In this document: piece after piece, positions 25,004 to 33,037 of the stretch
Position numbering within the stretch: the stretch's first letter is position 1
Layout: every line of letters begins with the position of its first letter
DNA from: an uncultured Rhizobium sp.
GTDB taxonomy: Bacteria; Bacteroidota; Bacteroidia; NS11-12g; UBA955
NCBI GenBank assembly: GCA_964408945.1
Contig: CAYPBJ010000010.1
Location: 4,008 to 68,007 of the forward strand
Reading direction: 5' to 3'
DNA: 64,000 nucleotides
Notes under the pieces: generated by a model
Database searches by the model: none
What the model saw: only the letters and a program-made list of their open reading frames with translations
Told to the model about the DNA's origin: nothing
Made by a program: the position numbers and the translations under genes

Positions 25004-26293
25004 TTAGGTTTTCTGCTTAGATTTTTGAGCGGAAGGAAAAAGGATGTTGTTGAGAATTAACCTAAATCCTGGACTGTTAGGGTGTAGGTTAAGGTCGGTT
25101 GGTGGTTCACCTACGTGATGTTGGTAATCTTCGGGGTCGTGCCCACCAAAAAAGGTCCATGTACCCTTACCCATTTCACCGTGAATGTATCTTGCTTCAT
25201 TCAGTAAGGCGTTTTCGCCCATAACCAACACATCACTTTTGATTAAATCTCTTTTGAAAGCCGTAGTTTGCCCCATAAATCCACGTACTGTTTTGGTGTG
25301 ATTTTGACATAAAATACTGGGAATTAAGTCCCACTTTGCTGAATAATCAAAAAGGGTAAATAAATCAGTTTCTTCTGTAACATTACGTGTATTTGGATTC
25401 ACGTCAATGTTTGAATATTCGTAAATATATGGACTGGTCTCTAGGGTGAAATTTTTAAATGCGAAGCACTGGTCATAATTGAGTTTCTGCTGGGCCTGCG
25501 GGTCAGCAGGGTCACCGTCGAACATGCTTTCACAGATGTCTGTATTTTGTGCAGCCAAAGAAATATCATAGGTATCGGTGGCACTGCACATGGCGAATAA
25601 AAATCCGCCGCCAAGACAGAAATCTCTGATTTTTAAAGTGACCGCTTTTTTCAATTCTCTGACGGTTTTGTAACCGTGTTTTCGGGCCATGCTTTCGGCT
25701 TCTTGAACCTGAGAAATATACCACGGAGCCGTAGAGTAGGAGGCCCAAAATTTGCCGTATTGTCCGGTGAAATCTTCGTGATGCAAGTGAAGCCAGTCGT
25801 ATTCGGGTAATTTATTTTCTAAAACTTCGTCGTCAAAAATTACAGTGTAAGGAATCTCAGCATAGGTCAGAACCAGAGTAACAGCATCATCCCAGGGTTG
25901 TTTAGATTTAGGTGAATAAACAGCAATTTTTGGAGCATTTAGAAGTTTTAGCATATTCATATTCACCTCCGGATTTGAAATGGTGGTTTCAATAGAATTG
26001 GCTTCTGATTCAGAGATAACTTCAAAAGTAACGCCTCTGGTTTTACATTCACGCTCGGCGTCAGCGTTGTATTTGGTCATAAAACTTCCTCCGCGGTAGT
26101 TTAAAAGCCACAACACTTCTGATTTTTGTTTGTCGAGAATCCAAAAAGCGATACCGTAAGATTTTAGGTGGTTTTTTTGGGATTCATCCATGGGGATGAG
26201 GATTCGCGTTGCCTGAAGAGAGGCGAACATCCCCAGAAAAACTAATAAAAAGATTGATTTCCAACCCACCGATGTGTAGTATTTCTGAAGCAT
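25004..26293 (-). CDS. Conserved secreted protein of unknown function (family often labelled asparagine synthetase B in Bacteroidota annotations)
   Basis: About 430 aa from ATG 26293 (MLQKYYTSVGWKSIFLLVFLGMFASLQA, a signal peptide); the track starts at 26356. Recognisable strings include ILIPMDESQKNHLKSYGIAFW, LLNYRGGSF and HHEDFTGQYGKFW...GGGFLFAMCSATD. It abuts the GT-C gene with no gap. Confidence 0.5.
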   Translation of the reverse strand: MLQKYYTSVGWKSIFLLVFLGMFASLQATRILIPMDESQKNHLKSYGIAFWILDKQKSEVLWLLNYRGGSFMTKYNADAERECKTRGVTFEVISESEANSIETTISNPEVNMNMLKLLNAPKIAVYSPKSKQPWDDAVTLVLTYAEIPYTVIFDDEVLENKLPEYDWLHLHHEDFTGQYGKFWASYSTAPWYISQVQEAESMARKHGYKTVRELKKAVTLKIRDFCLGGGFLFAMCSATDTYDISLAAQNTDICESMFDGDPADPQAQQKLNYDQCFAFKNFTLETSPYIYEYSNIDVNPNTRNVTEETDLFTLFDYSAKWDLIPSILCQNHTKTVRGFMGQTTAFKRDLIKSDVLVMGENALLNEARYIHGEMGKGTWTFFGGHDPEDYQHHVGEPPTDLNLHPNSPGFRLILNNILFPSAQKSKQKT

Positions 26294-26330
26294 GACAACG
26301 AAGTTAAGGCAAATTGAATATTTTCGCGGC

Positions 26331-27017
26331 ATGGAATACCGCATTTCTAGAATCATTAAAGAATCTCCCCGTGTTCGTCGATTTTTTCTTGATACAGGTG
26401 CGTTTGATTTTGATCCAGGTCAATTTGTGGTATTAACTCATCCAGATTTACCGTTTGGACAAAACCAAAGGAGTTATTCAATCGCTTCCTTGAATTCCAA
26501 GCAGGAAGAATTAGAACTGTGCATTGTTTTAAATGAAAAAGGATCAGTAACACCTTGGTTGTTTCAGAAAATTGAGGGTGAAATGCTTGATATTTCTTTG
26601 GCTCAAGGGACATTCAATCTCAAAAACGAGGGCAATTCAGGTCCTATTGTTTTTGTTGCAACGGGCACTGGAGTAGCTCCTTTTCGGAGCATGATTGATG
26701 CCTCTCTCAAAAATACTGATTCAGAGGTGCACCTTGTTTTTGGCAACCGCATTGCAGAAGATATATTGTACAGAGAACACTGGGAATCCTTGCAGCATGA
26801 AAATGCGCGCTTTCATTTTTATCCAGTTTTAAGCAGGGAAGAGGCATTAAATTGTCATTTTGGGTATGTTCATGGTATTTATGAATCTTTGTTAAGAGAT
26901 CAAATAGATGCTAGAATTTACGTTTGTGGTTGGCAAGATATGTGCAAAGAAGCCCGAGAAAGACTCAAATTGTTGGGTTTCAATCGTAAACAATATGCAT
27001 TCGAACAATATGATTGA
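26331..27017 (+). CDS. Ferredoxin-NADP reductase-like FAD/NAD(P)-binding oxidoreductase
   Basis: 228 aa from ATG 26331; the track starts at 26292. The FAD motif is RSYSIAS, the NAD(P) motif is VATGTGVAPFRS, and YVCG occurs near the C-terminus. Confidence 0.75.
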   Translation: MEYRISRIIKESPRVRRFFLDTGAFDFDPGQFVVLTHPDLPFGQNQRSYSIASLNSKQEELELCIVLNEKGSVTPWLFQKIEGEMLDISLAQGTFNLKNEGNSGPIVFVATGTGVAPFRSMIDASLKNTDSEVHLVFGNRIAEDILYREHWESLQHENARFHFYPVLSREEALNCHFGYVHGIYESLLRDQIDARIYVCGWQDMCKEARERLKLLGFNRKQYAFEQYD

Positions 27018-27147
27018 GCTTTAATTTTTGTTTTCTCTGATATTTCACTTAATATTGCATCACAAGAAAAGAGGATTCGATTCTGAAAACTCTACTCTCC
27101 AAGAATCTTATTTCATTGAATTTATTGTTCGTTTATAGCAATTTTAT

Positions 27148-28953
27148 ATGACAAAATCTCCCGATTTTGCTAAAATGGGTGTAGCAGATTTGCGCACTCT
27201 GGCAGGGGCATTGGATATTCCGAATGCCGACAAATTAAAAAAGAATGAGTTGATAGAACTTTTGTCAAAGGCAGCCAACGAATCTTCTAACGAAGCATCT
27301 GTTGAAACCTTAAATGAAAATTCCGCTCCTAACAACCCTGAAATTACTGCTCGCGTTGCTGATGCAACAGAAGATAAACGTCCCAAAAGACGCAGAAAAA
27401 CCGAGTTGGAGGCTCAAGACGAAGTAGCGAAGGCACTTCAAAAGGCCGCAGCGCCTGAGACAGATTCTGTAAATGATTCTGAGTCGAAGGCAGTTTCAGA
27501 GAATCCTGAATTGAATGTCCCTCAGAATCAAAATTTGGATAGACGAGAGAGGAATCACAGAGAGCGATTTAAAAAGCGCGACGATAGAGGTGAAAAACCA
27601 ATAGCCTCTGACAGTTCAGAAACAGCAATACCGGATAAAAACCAAAGGTTTAATAGACCTGAAAAGCAGGTTTCTCCAAAGCTTGAAAATCAACCAAGAA
27701 CAGAAAATCATCCAAAGCAAGAAACACAGCCTAAGGTTGAATCATCTGAGAGATCTGAAAAGCCGGTTAAGCCTGAACCACCGGCTATGAGTGAAGAAGA
27801 AAAGCGCAGAAAAGAGCTTTTCAACGCATTCATGGAAATGGAAGGAGCCGTAATTACGCAGGGTGTATTGGAAACTGTTCCCGATGGTTACGGATTTTTA
27901 CGTTCTCCAGATTATAATTATCAAGCCTCACCCGATGATGTATACGTTCCAAGTTACATGATCAAACAAAACGGGTTGAAAGTGGGTGATACCATCAAAG
28001 GAAGTATTCGTCCCCCGAAAGACAACGAAAAATACTTTTGCTTGGTAAAAATTGAAGCGGTAAATGGTAAAACCCCAGAAGAGGTTCGCGACCGCGTGGC
28101 ATTTGAACATTTGACGCCTCTTTTCCCTCAAGAAAAGTTGAATTTGTGTGACGATCCTCGCAATTACCCCAATCGCATCATTGATTTAGTTTCACCCATA
28201 GGAAAAGGCCAACGCGGACTAATTGTAGCGCAGCCAAAAACGGGTAAAACTTGGATATTAAAAGGAATTGCCAATGCAATTGCTAAAAACCACCCTGAAG
28301 TTTATATGATGATACTTCTCATTGATGAACGACCTGAGGAGGTAACAGATATGGCTCGCAGTGTGCGTGCTGAAGTTGTGGCAAGTACATTTGATGAACC
28401 TGCCGACAAACACGTGAAGTTGACCAATATGGTTTTAGAGAAGGCCAAAAGATTGGTAGAATGCGGTCATGACGTGGTAATATTGTTAGATTCTATTACT
28501 CGTTTAGCAAGGGCTTACAATACAGTTCAACCTGCATCAGGTAAAATTCTTTCTGGTGGTGTGGATGCAAATGCATTGCACAAGCCAAAGAGATTTTTTG
28601 GTGCCGCTCGAAACATTGAAAATGGAGGCTCACTAACCATTATAGCTACTGCATTAACTGATACAGGCTCAAAGATGGATGAAGTAATTTTCGAAGAATT
28701 CAAAGGGACTGGAAACATGGAATTGCAATTAGACCGCAGATTGGCAAATAAGCGAATCTTCCCGTCTATCGATATCATGGCATCTAGTACCCGAAGAGAA
28801 GATTTGCTGATTGACAAAACAGCGCTTCAACGCATGTGGGTGCTTAGAAATCACCTCGCAGATATGAATCCAGAAGAGGCAATGAACACATTTTTGAAGT
28901 ACATGACCAATACACAAGACAATTTAGAGTTCTTGGTAAGCATGAATGGTTAA
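27148..28953 (+). CDS. rho: Transcription termination factor Rho with long N-terminal insertion
   Basis: 601 aa. It has a Rho_N-like start ([26 protein letters not shown]), an RNA-binding OB domain ([15 protein letters not shown]), a Walker A motif (AQPKTGKT) and the C-terminal [11 protein letters not shown]. Confidence 0.93.
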   Translation: MTKSPDFAKMGVADLRTLAGALDIPNADKLKKNELIELLSKAANESSNEASVETLNENSAPNNPEITARVADATEDKRPKRRRKTELEAQDEVAKALQKAAAPETDSVNDSESKAVSENPELNVPQNQNLDRRERNHRERFKKRDDRGEKPIASDSSETAIPDKNQRFNRPEKQVSPKLENQPRTENHPKQETQPKVESSERSEKPVKPEPPAMSEEEKRRKELFNAFMEMEGAVITQGVLETVPDGYGFLRSPDYNYQASPDDVYVPSYMIKQNGLKVGDTIKGSIRPPKDNEKYFCLVKIEAVNGKTPEEVRDRVAFEHLTPLFPQEKLNLCDDPRNYPNRIIDLVSPIGKGQRGLIVAQPKTGKTWILKGIANAIAKNHPEVYMMILLIDERPEEVTDMARSVRAEVVASTFDEPADKHVKLTNMVLEKAKRLVECGHDVVILLDSITRLARAYNTVQPASGKILSGGVDANALHKPKRFFGAARNIENGGSLTIIATALTDTGSKMDEVIFEEFKGTGNMELQLDRRLANKRIFPSIDIMASSTRREDLLIDKTALQRMWVLRNHLADMNPEEAMNTFLKYMTNTQDNLEFLVSMNG

Positions 28954-29032
28954 AAAAGTGGCTAAAATGTGAATAAACTCCCTCAATTAGCTCGGATTTA
29001 CTGTCCTAATTTAGCGGACGAATTACACATTC

Positions 29033-29371
29033 ATGGACAAGCCTAAAGTTGCAATAGACTATGCAAAGCTCACTCCCGAGTTGACTGAGCTTTTCAATGA
29101 AACGTATCCCAATGGAATTGTGGGACATACCATTCGTTTTCCCAATTCAAAAGGGGAAATAGTGACATCGGTTAGACTTGAAACTGACGATAAGGTGTAC
29201 TTAGTAAAATTAAGTGCCCGCGCCAAAGAAGTGTTATCTGATGAAGATCTAGACGAAATGATTCGTCCTATTTCGAAAGGTGCAGATGACATTGAGGTTG
29301 AGTCAGACGATGAAGAAGATGACGACAATCAAAAAGACAAGCCTGAGCCAGACGAAGATGACGAAGATTAA
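29033..29371 (+). CDS. Hypothetical small protein with poly-acidic C-terminal tail
   Basis: 112 aa. The N-terminal ~75 aa look globular. The tail reads DDIEVESDDEEDDDNQKDKPEPDEDDED. Confidence 0.55.
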   Translation: MDKPKVAIDYAKLTPELTELFNETYPNGIVGHTIRFPNSKGEIVTSVRLETDDKVYLVKLSARAKEVLSDEDLDEMIRPISKGADDIEVESDDEEDDDNQKDKPEPDEDDED

Positions 29372-29384
29372 TCACGATTGACAA

Positions 29385-30080
29385 ATGAAACCTGTTGCGA
29401 TTATATCTGGCGGCAGCCGTGGAATAGGTTTCGCTATAGCGCAACAACTCATTCGTGACGGTTTTTATGTTCATATTATTGGCTCAAATTCCGAAAATTT
29501 AAACAACGCATTGGTTCAACTGGGTGTTGAAAATGCCCAAACAAGCTTGTGCGACATGTCTACACCCTCTGAGGTAATTTCTTTGTCACAAAAACTCTCT
29601 GAATTGTATCCGCAAGTACAAATTCTAGTTAATAATGTTGGAGTTTTTTTGCCAGGCTCCATGATGGAGGAACCATCTGGGCAATGGGAAAAAGAGTGGG
29701 AATTAAATGTAAGTTCAGCCTACCATTTAACAAGAGGTCTGTGGCCAAGTTTAAAAAACACACCAAGGTCTCATGTGTTTAACATGTGCAGCATAGCTAG
29801 TATCGTATCTTATTCAGCGGGTGGCACTTATGCAGTCACCAAACATGCCCTGTTGGGCTTCTCTAAATCACTTAGAGAAGAAGGGAGACCACACGGAATT
29901 AGAGTGACCAGTTTATTGCCTGGTGCTACTTTAACAGACTCATGGGCAGGGGTTGATCTTCCAAAAGAGAGATTCATGAAGGCCGAGTCAGTGGCTAAAG
30001 TAGTATCTGTAGCCTTTCAGATCAACGAGGACACACAAATGGAAGAAGTTTTGTTGAGGCCTATTCAAGGCGATATTTAA
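29385..30080 (+). CDS. SDR-family oxidoreductase
   Basis: 231 aa. The cofactor motif is ISGGSRGIGFAIA, the NNVG motif is present, and the catalytic YAVTKHAL provides YxxxK. Confidence 0.88.
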   Translation: MKPVAIISGGSRGIGFAIAQQLIRDGFYVHIIGSNSENLNNALVQLGVENAQTSLCDMSTPSEVISLSQKLSELYPQVQILVNNVGVFLPGSMMEEPSGQWEKEWELNVSSAYHLTRGLWPSLKNTPRSHVFNMCSIASIVSYSAGGTYAVTKHALLGFSKSLREEGRPHGIRVTSLLPGATLTDSWAGVDLPKERFMKAESVAKVVSVAFQINEDTQMEEVLLRPIQGDI

Positions 30081-30102
30081 ACTCTTTTTCAATCCTTTTT
30101 GT

Positions 30103-30110
30103 TATATTTG
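30103..30110 (+). promoter_or_regulatory. Bacteroidota-type -7 promoter box (TATATTTG)
   Basis: Exact TAnnTTTG match, 29 nt upstream of ATG 30140. Confidence 0.45.
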
Positions 30111-30139
30111 TAATTATTAAACTAAAATACCTAAGATAG

Positions 30140-31492
30140 ATGAAAAAATTACTTTTGTTTGGATTTGGAGCCATTGGTTTTTTGAGTTTGAACGCTCAAG
30201 CACCAATCAACCATAAAATTCATGAGCAAGACAAAAATCAAGGTGTAAGCAACAAGCAAAACATTTATGTTGGGCCAAATGCGAAAAACCAGATGTCTAA
30301 GCGCGCTGAAACTTTGCAAGATATTTACAATTTTGCAGAAGCATACGGCGAAAGTATGATGTTGGGTGCTCCTGAATCTTACATTCGTTGGATTTCAGCC
30401 GATTCTAATGCATTAACTGTTTACAGTGACGGAAACGGTGGGTCAACAGCTCAACACAATGGAATTCATGTAGTTGGAACTTCATTTGATCCTAAAGATT
30501 CTGCATTTATTGATATCGGAAAAACAGTATTAGCACGTTTTAATCCATACACTGTAGATACCATTCGTTGGGTACAATATTATGTTCGTAATGTTGACTC
30601 AATTGATTTGGGCAACGGAAATCAAGAAGTTATTGATACTGTATTTGTTCAATATTTTGATTTCTCAGGAATCTCTTTAAGACAATTTAATAGAGGCGGA
30701 ACAAACTTGAATTCTGCACCTAACGTAGATGGTTATAAGCCTAAGACTCGTTTGAACTCAACGGCTCTTTACACCGATACTATTTTGTTGAATACAGCTT
30801 TTGGTGATTCAGTAAACTACCAAGAAGGCCGTTTGTTTGGTCGTACTATGGGAACTGTTCCTCCAGATTTCAAATCTTTATCTACCAACGGTACTCAAGT
30901 TCAAGCGAACGTTGTAGCAATGAGCGTTTTCTTTAAACCTATGAAGAAAGCACAGTTGAAAGATACATTCGTAAACTGGACTAACCCTAATTTCAAACGT
31001 ACTACCAACGGTTTAGGTGTTCGTTTCTTGTATTGGACAGATCACGCTCAAGACATTTTTTCTCCATATAGAATAAATAACACATTCTGGACACCTGGTT
31101 TCTTGGTAGATGGTCAAACTTTCAATGGTTGGAAGTCTTATTTGCCTACTACCGCATACAACACCACTTCTATGTTTGATGTTGATTTTAATATCACCGT
31201 TGAAAATCTTTCAGCTCGCGAATTGGCAAAAGATCTTTCAGCAGTGAAAGTGTATCCTAATCCTGCAACAGGTAACCAAGTTGCAGCAGTGTTTAATTTG
31301 ACAAAAACCGCGAACGTGAGCGCAGTTGTAATGGATATCAACGGTAGAACCGTTAAAACATTGCCTTCTGGTTCTTTCCAAAAAGGTTTGAATGAATTGG
31401 TGATTTCAACTGACGGATTGAGCAAAGGCATCTACACACTATCAGTGCAAACTGACAACGCGGTAGAAGCAACTAAATTTGTAGTTCAATAA
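30140..31492 (+). CDS. Secreted protein of unknown function with T9SS C-terminal sorting domain
   Basis: 450 aa with a signal peptide (FLSLNAQA). The C-terminal ~85 aa read VKVYPNPATGNQVAAVFNL...GIYTLSVQTDNAVEATKFVVQ, a Por_Secre_tail type. Confidence 0.75.
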   Translation: MKKLLLFGFGAIGFLSLNAQAPINHKIHEQDKNQGVSNKQNIYVGPNAKNQMSKRAETLQDIYNFAEAYGESMMLGAPESYIRWISADSNALTVYSDGNGGSTAQHNGIHVVGTSFDPKDSAFIDIGKTVLARFNPYTVDTIRWVQYYVRNVDSIDLGNGNQEVIDTVFVQYFDFSGISLRQFNRGGTNLNSAPNVDGYKPKTRLNSTALYTDTILLNTAFGDSVNYQEGRLFGRTMGTVPPDFKSLSTNGTQVQANVVAMSVFFKPMKKAQLKDTFVNWTNPNFKRTTNGLGVRFLYWTDHAQDIFSPYRINNTFWTPGFLVDGQTFNGWKSYLPTTAYNTTSMFDVDFNITVENLSARELAKDLSAVKVYPNPATGNQVAAVFNLTKTANVSAVVMDINGRTVKTLPSGSFQKGLNELVISTDGLSKGIYTLSVQTDNAVEATKFVVQ

Positions 31493-31519
31493 ACGAATTA
31501 TTTAATAGACACTTCAAAA

Positions 31520-31548
31520 GGGCTTCCCCAACGGGAAGCCCTTTTTTT
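31520..31548 (+). terminator. Rho-independent terminator
   Basis: GGGCTTCCC CAAC GGGAAGCCC forms a perfect 9-bp stem followed by TTTTTTT. Confidence 0.85.
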
Positions 31549-31549
31549 A

Positions 31550-31557
31550 TACCTTTG
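31550..31557 (+). promoter_or_regulatory. Bacteroidota-type -7 promoter box (TACCTTTG)
   Basis: Exact TAnnTTTG match, immediately after the terminator T-run. Only 3 nt lie between the final G and ATG 31561. Confidence 0.45.
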
Positions 31558-31560
31558 TTT

Positions 31561-33033
31561 ATGCAAATAAATTTAGCATCAGCATCAAAGATTGGTTTTT
31601 TACTGCTCGTCCATTCGGTTTCTGCCCAAAGCTTTTTTGGACTTCAGAATAGCAATTATGGAGGAATTCATACGGCAGTAACCAATCCATCCCTGATTAC
31701 AATGATGGATTATCAGCGCAGTGCTAATATTTCTACCATTGGTTTTTCTGCTGAAAATAATTACGTGTCGCTGGAAACTCCATTTTCTGCATGGCAACTC
31801 CTGAGAGGAAAAGTTCCTCAACAATACAAAAAAGCAGATGGTTCATCTGGGGAAGGATCCATTGACTGGCAAAGTTCTTGGCTCAAGGAAGATAGGAACG
31901 GTGATAATATCAATGCAAATTTGAATTTAGAATACAGAGGCCCATCTTATGCTAACCACTACGGCCGTTTAATTTGGGGGCTGGGCATGAGAACCAAGTA
32001 TACCGCAAATCTAGACGGTATTACCCCTGAAATGATTGGTTGGGCAAAAAACCTGATCGATTCACAATCAATCAATAACATCAATCAAATTTCTGCTCAG
32101 AAATTCAGTGTTTTTGTGAATTCCTATCAAGAATATTCCGGACTTTTGGCCATTAGAATTGTTGATAATGCAAAAGTAAAATTGGGCATTGGCACAAACT
32201 TGAAATTGATTTTGGGAAATGGAAATTTCAAACTTCAGAATTCGGGCGTTTTATTGAATGTCAAAGGAATTGATAGTATTGGTATTAGCGGCGGACAAAT
32301 GCAAGTGTCTTATACTGAGAACAATCTGTTTCAACAACTTTCAGGTGGGGTATTGGCTGGTAGTTTACCAAGATTCAGAGATATTTCAGGAGTGGGATAT
32401 GGTTTTGATTTAGGTTTTACTCTTTTATTGGGAGATAATATGACCAAAACTAAGAAGGATCGTTCTAAAGTGAAAGATTACCGAATGAAAATTGCTGCTG
32501 CTCTCTTAGATTTAGGAAGAATTGGATATTCTAATAAAAATCAAGGGTTTATCATTGACGGAAGTAAAAATTTCAGCATCCCCATTCAAACTCCTGAATT
32601 CATTTTAGCAGCGTCTAAAGGGGTGAATTCTGTGGTAGACTATACCAAGGAAAAAGCGATTCAAGATGGTGCTTATATCAATCAGCCTGAAGAGGTGAAA
32701 ATAATCTTGCCAACTACCCTTCAATTGCAGTTTGATTATCAGGTAGTTTCAATGTTCAATGTGGCGGCTCAACTTACTCAGGCCATAGATTTAAATAACC
32801 CGTACCAAATTCAATCAAACAGTTCACTTGTGGTTGTTCCTCGTTTTGAGCACGCTTGGTTTGAGCTCTCTGCGCCAATCTCTTTGTATAATAATTATAG
32901 AAGTTTTGGTTTCGGGGGATTTTTGAGACTGGGACCTGTGTTCTTGGGAACAGACAACATCATAAAATCTATCAACCCTTCAAAGTTGCAGGGCGTGAAT
33001 TTCTATTTTGGAATCAGTACCTTATTGAGGTAA
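31561..33033 (+). CDS. Predicted outer-membrane protein of unknown function (DUF5723/TraF-like candidate)
   Basis: 490 aa from ATG 31561; the track starts at TTG 31555. It has a signal peptide (LLVHSVSAQS), begins FFGLQNSNYGGIHTAVTNPSLI, and shows beta-rich alternation to the C-terminus. Confidence 0.5.
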   Translation: MQINLASASKIGFLLLVHSVSAQSFFGLQNSNYGGIHTAVTNPSLITMMDYQRSANISTIGFSAENNYVSLETPFSAWQLLRGKVPQQYKKADGSSGEGSIDWQSSWLKEDRNGDNINANLNLEYRGPSYANHYGRLIWGLGMRTKYTANLDGITPEMIGWAKNLIDSQSINNINQISAQKFSVFVNSYQEYSGLLAIRIVDNAKVKLGIGTNLKLILGNGNFKLQNSGVLLNVKGIDSIGISGGQMQVSYTENNLFQQLSGGVLAGSLPRFRDISGVGYGFDLGFTLLLGDNMTKTKKDRSKVKDYRMKIAAALLDLGRIGYSNKNQGFIIDGSKNFSIPIQTPEFILAASKGVNSVVDYTKEKAIQDGAYINQPEEVKIILPTTLQLQFDYQVVSMFNVAAQLTQAIDLNNPYQIQSNSSLVVVPRFEHAWFELSAPISLYNNYRSFGFGGFLRLGPVFLGTDNIIKSINPSKLQGVNFYFGISTLLR

Positions 33034-33037
33034 ACGC

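Noticed and set aside
26294-26356. Longer N-terminal extensions of both divergent genes (25004-26356 minus and 26292-27017 plus)
   Set aside because: With the track starts, the two genes would overlap head-to-head by 65 nt. Internal ATGs at 26293 (signal peptide follows) and 26331 (FNR-like N-terminus follows) remove the overlap.
27144-27386. 80-aa minus-strand ORF at the rho 5' end
   Set aside because: It is antisense to the well-supported rho reading frame and has no independent support.
27420-27800. Possible tandem DNA repeat in the rho insertion
   Set aside because: The repetitiveness is at the level of amino-acid composition (P-K/E-x-E-x-Q-P-like units). I could not find exact nucleotide periodicity by eye. 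I therefore treat it as low-complexity coding sequence, not a repeat element.
29059-29328. 89-aa poly-Ser minus-strand ORF
   Set aside because: It is the mirror frame of the GAT/GAA-rich acidic tail of the plus-strand gene. Serine runs arise automatically from antisense reading of Asp/Glu codons.
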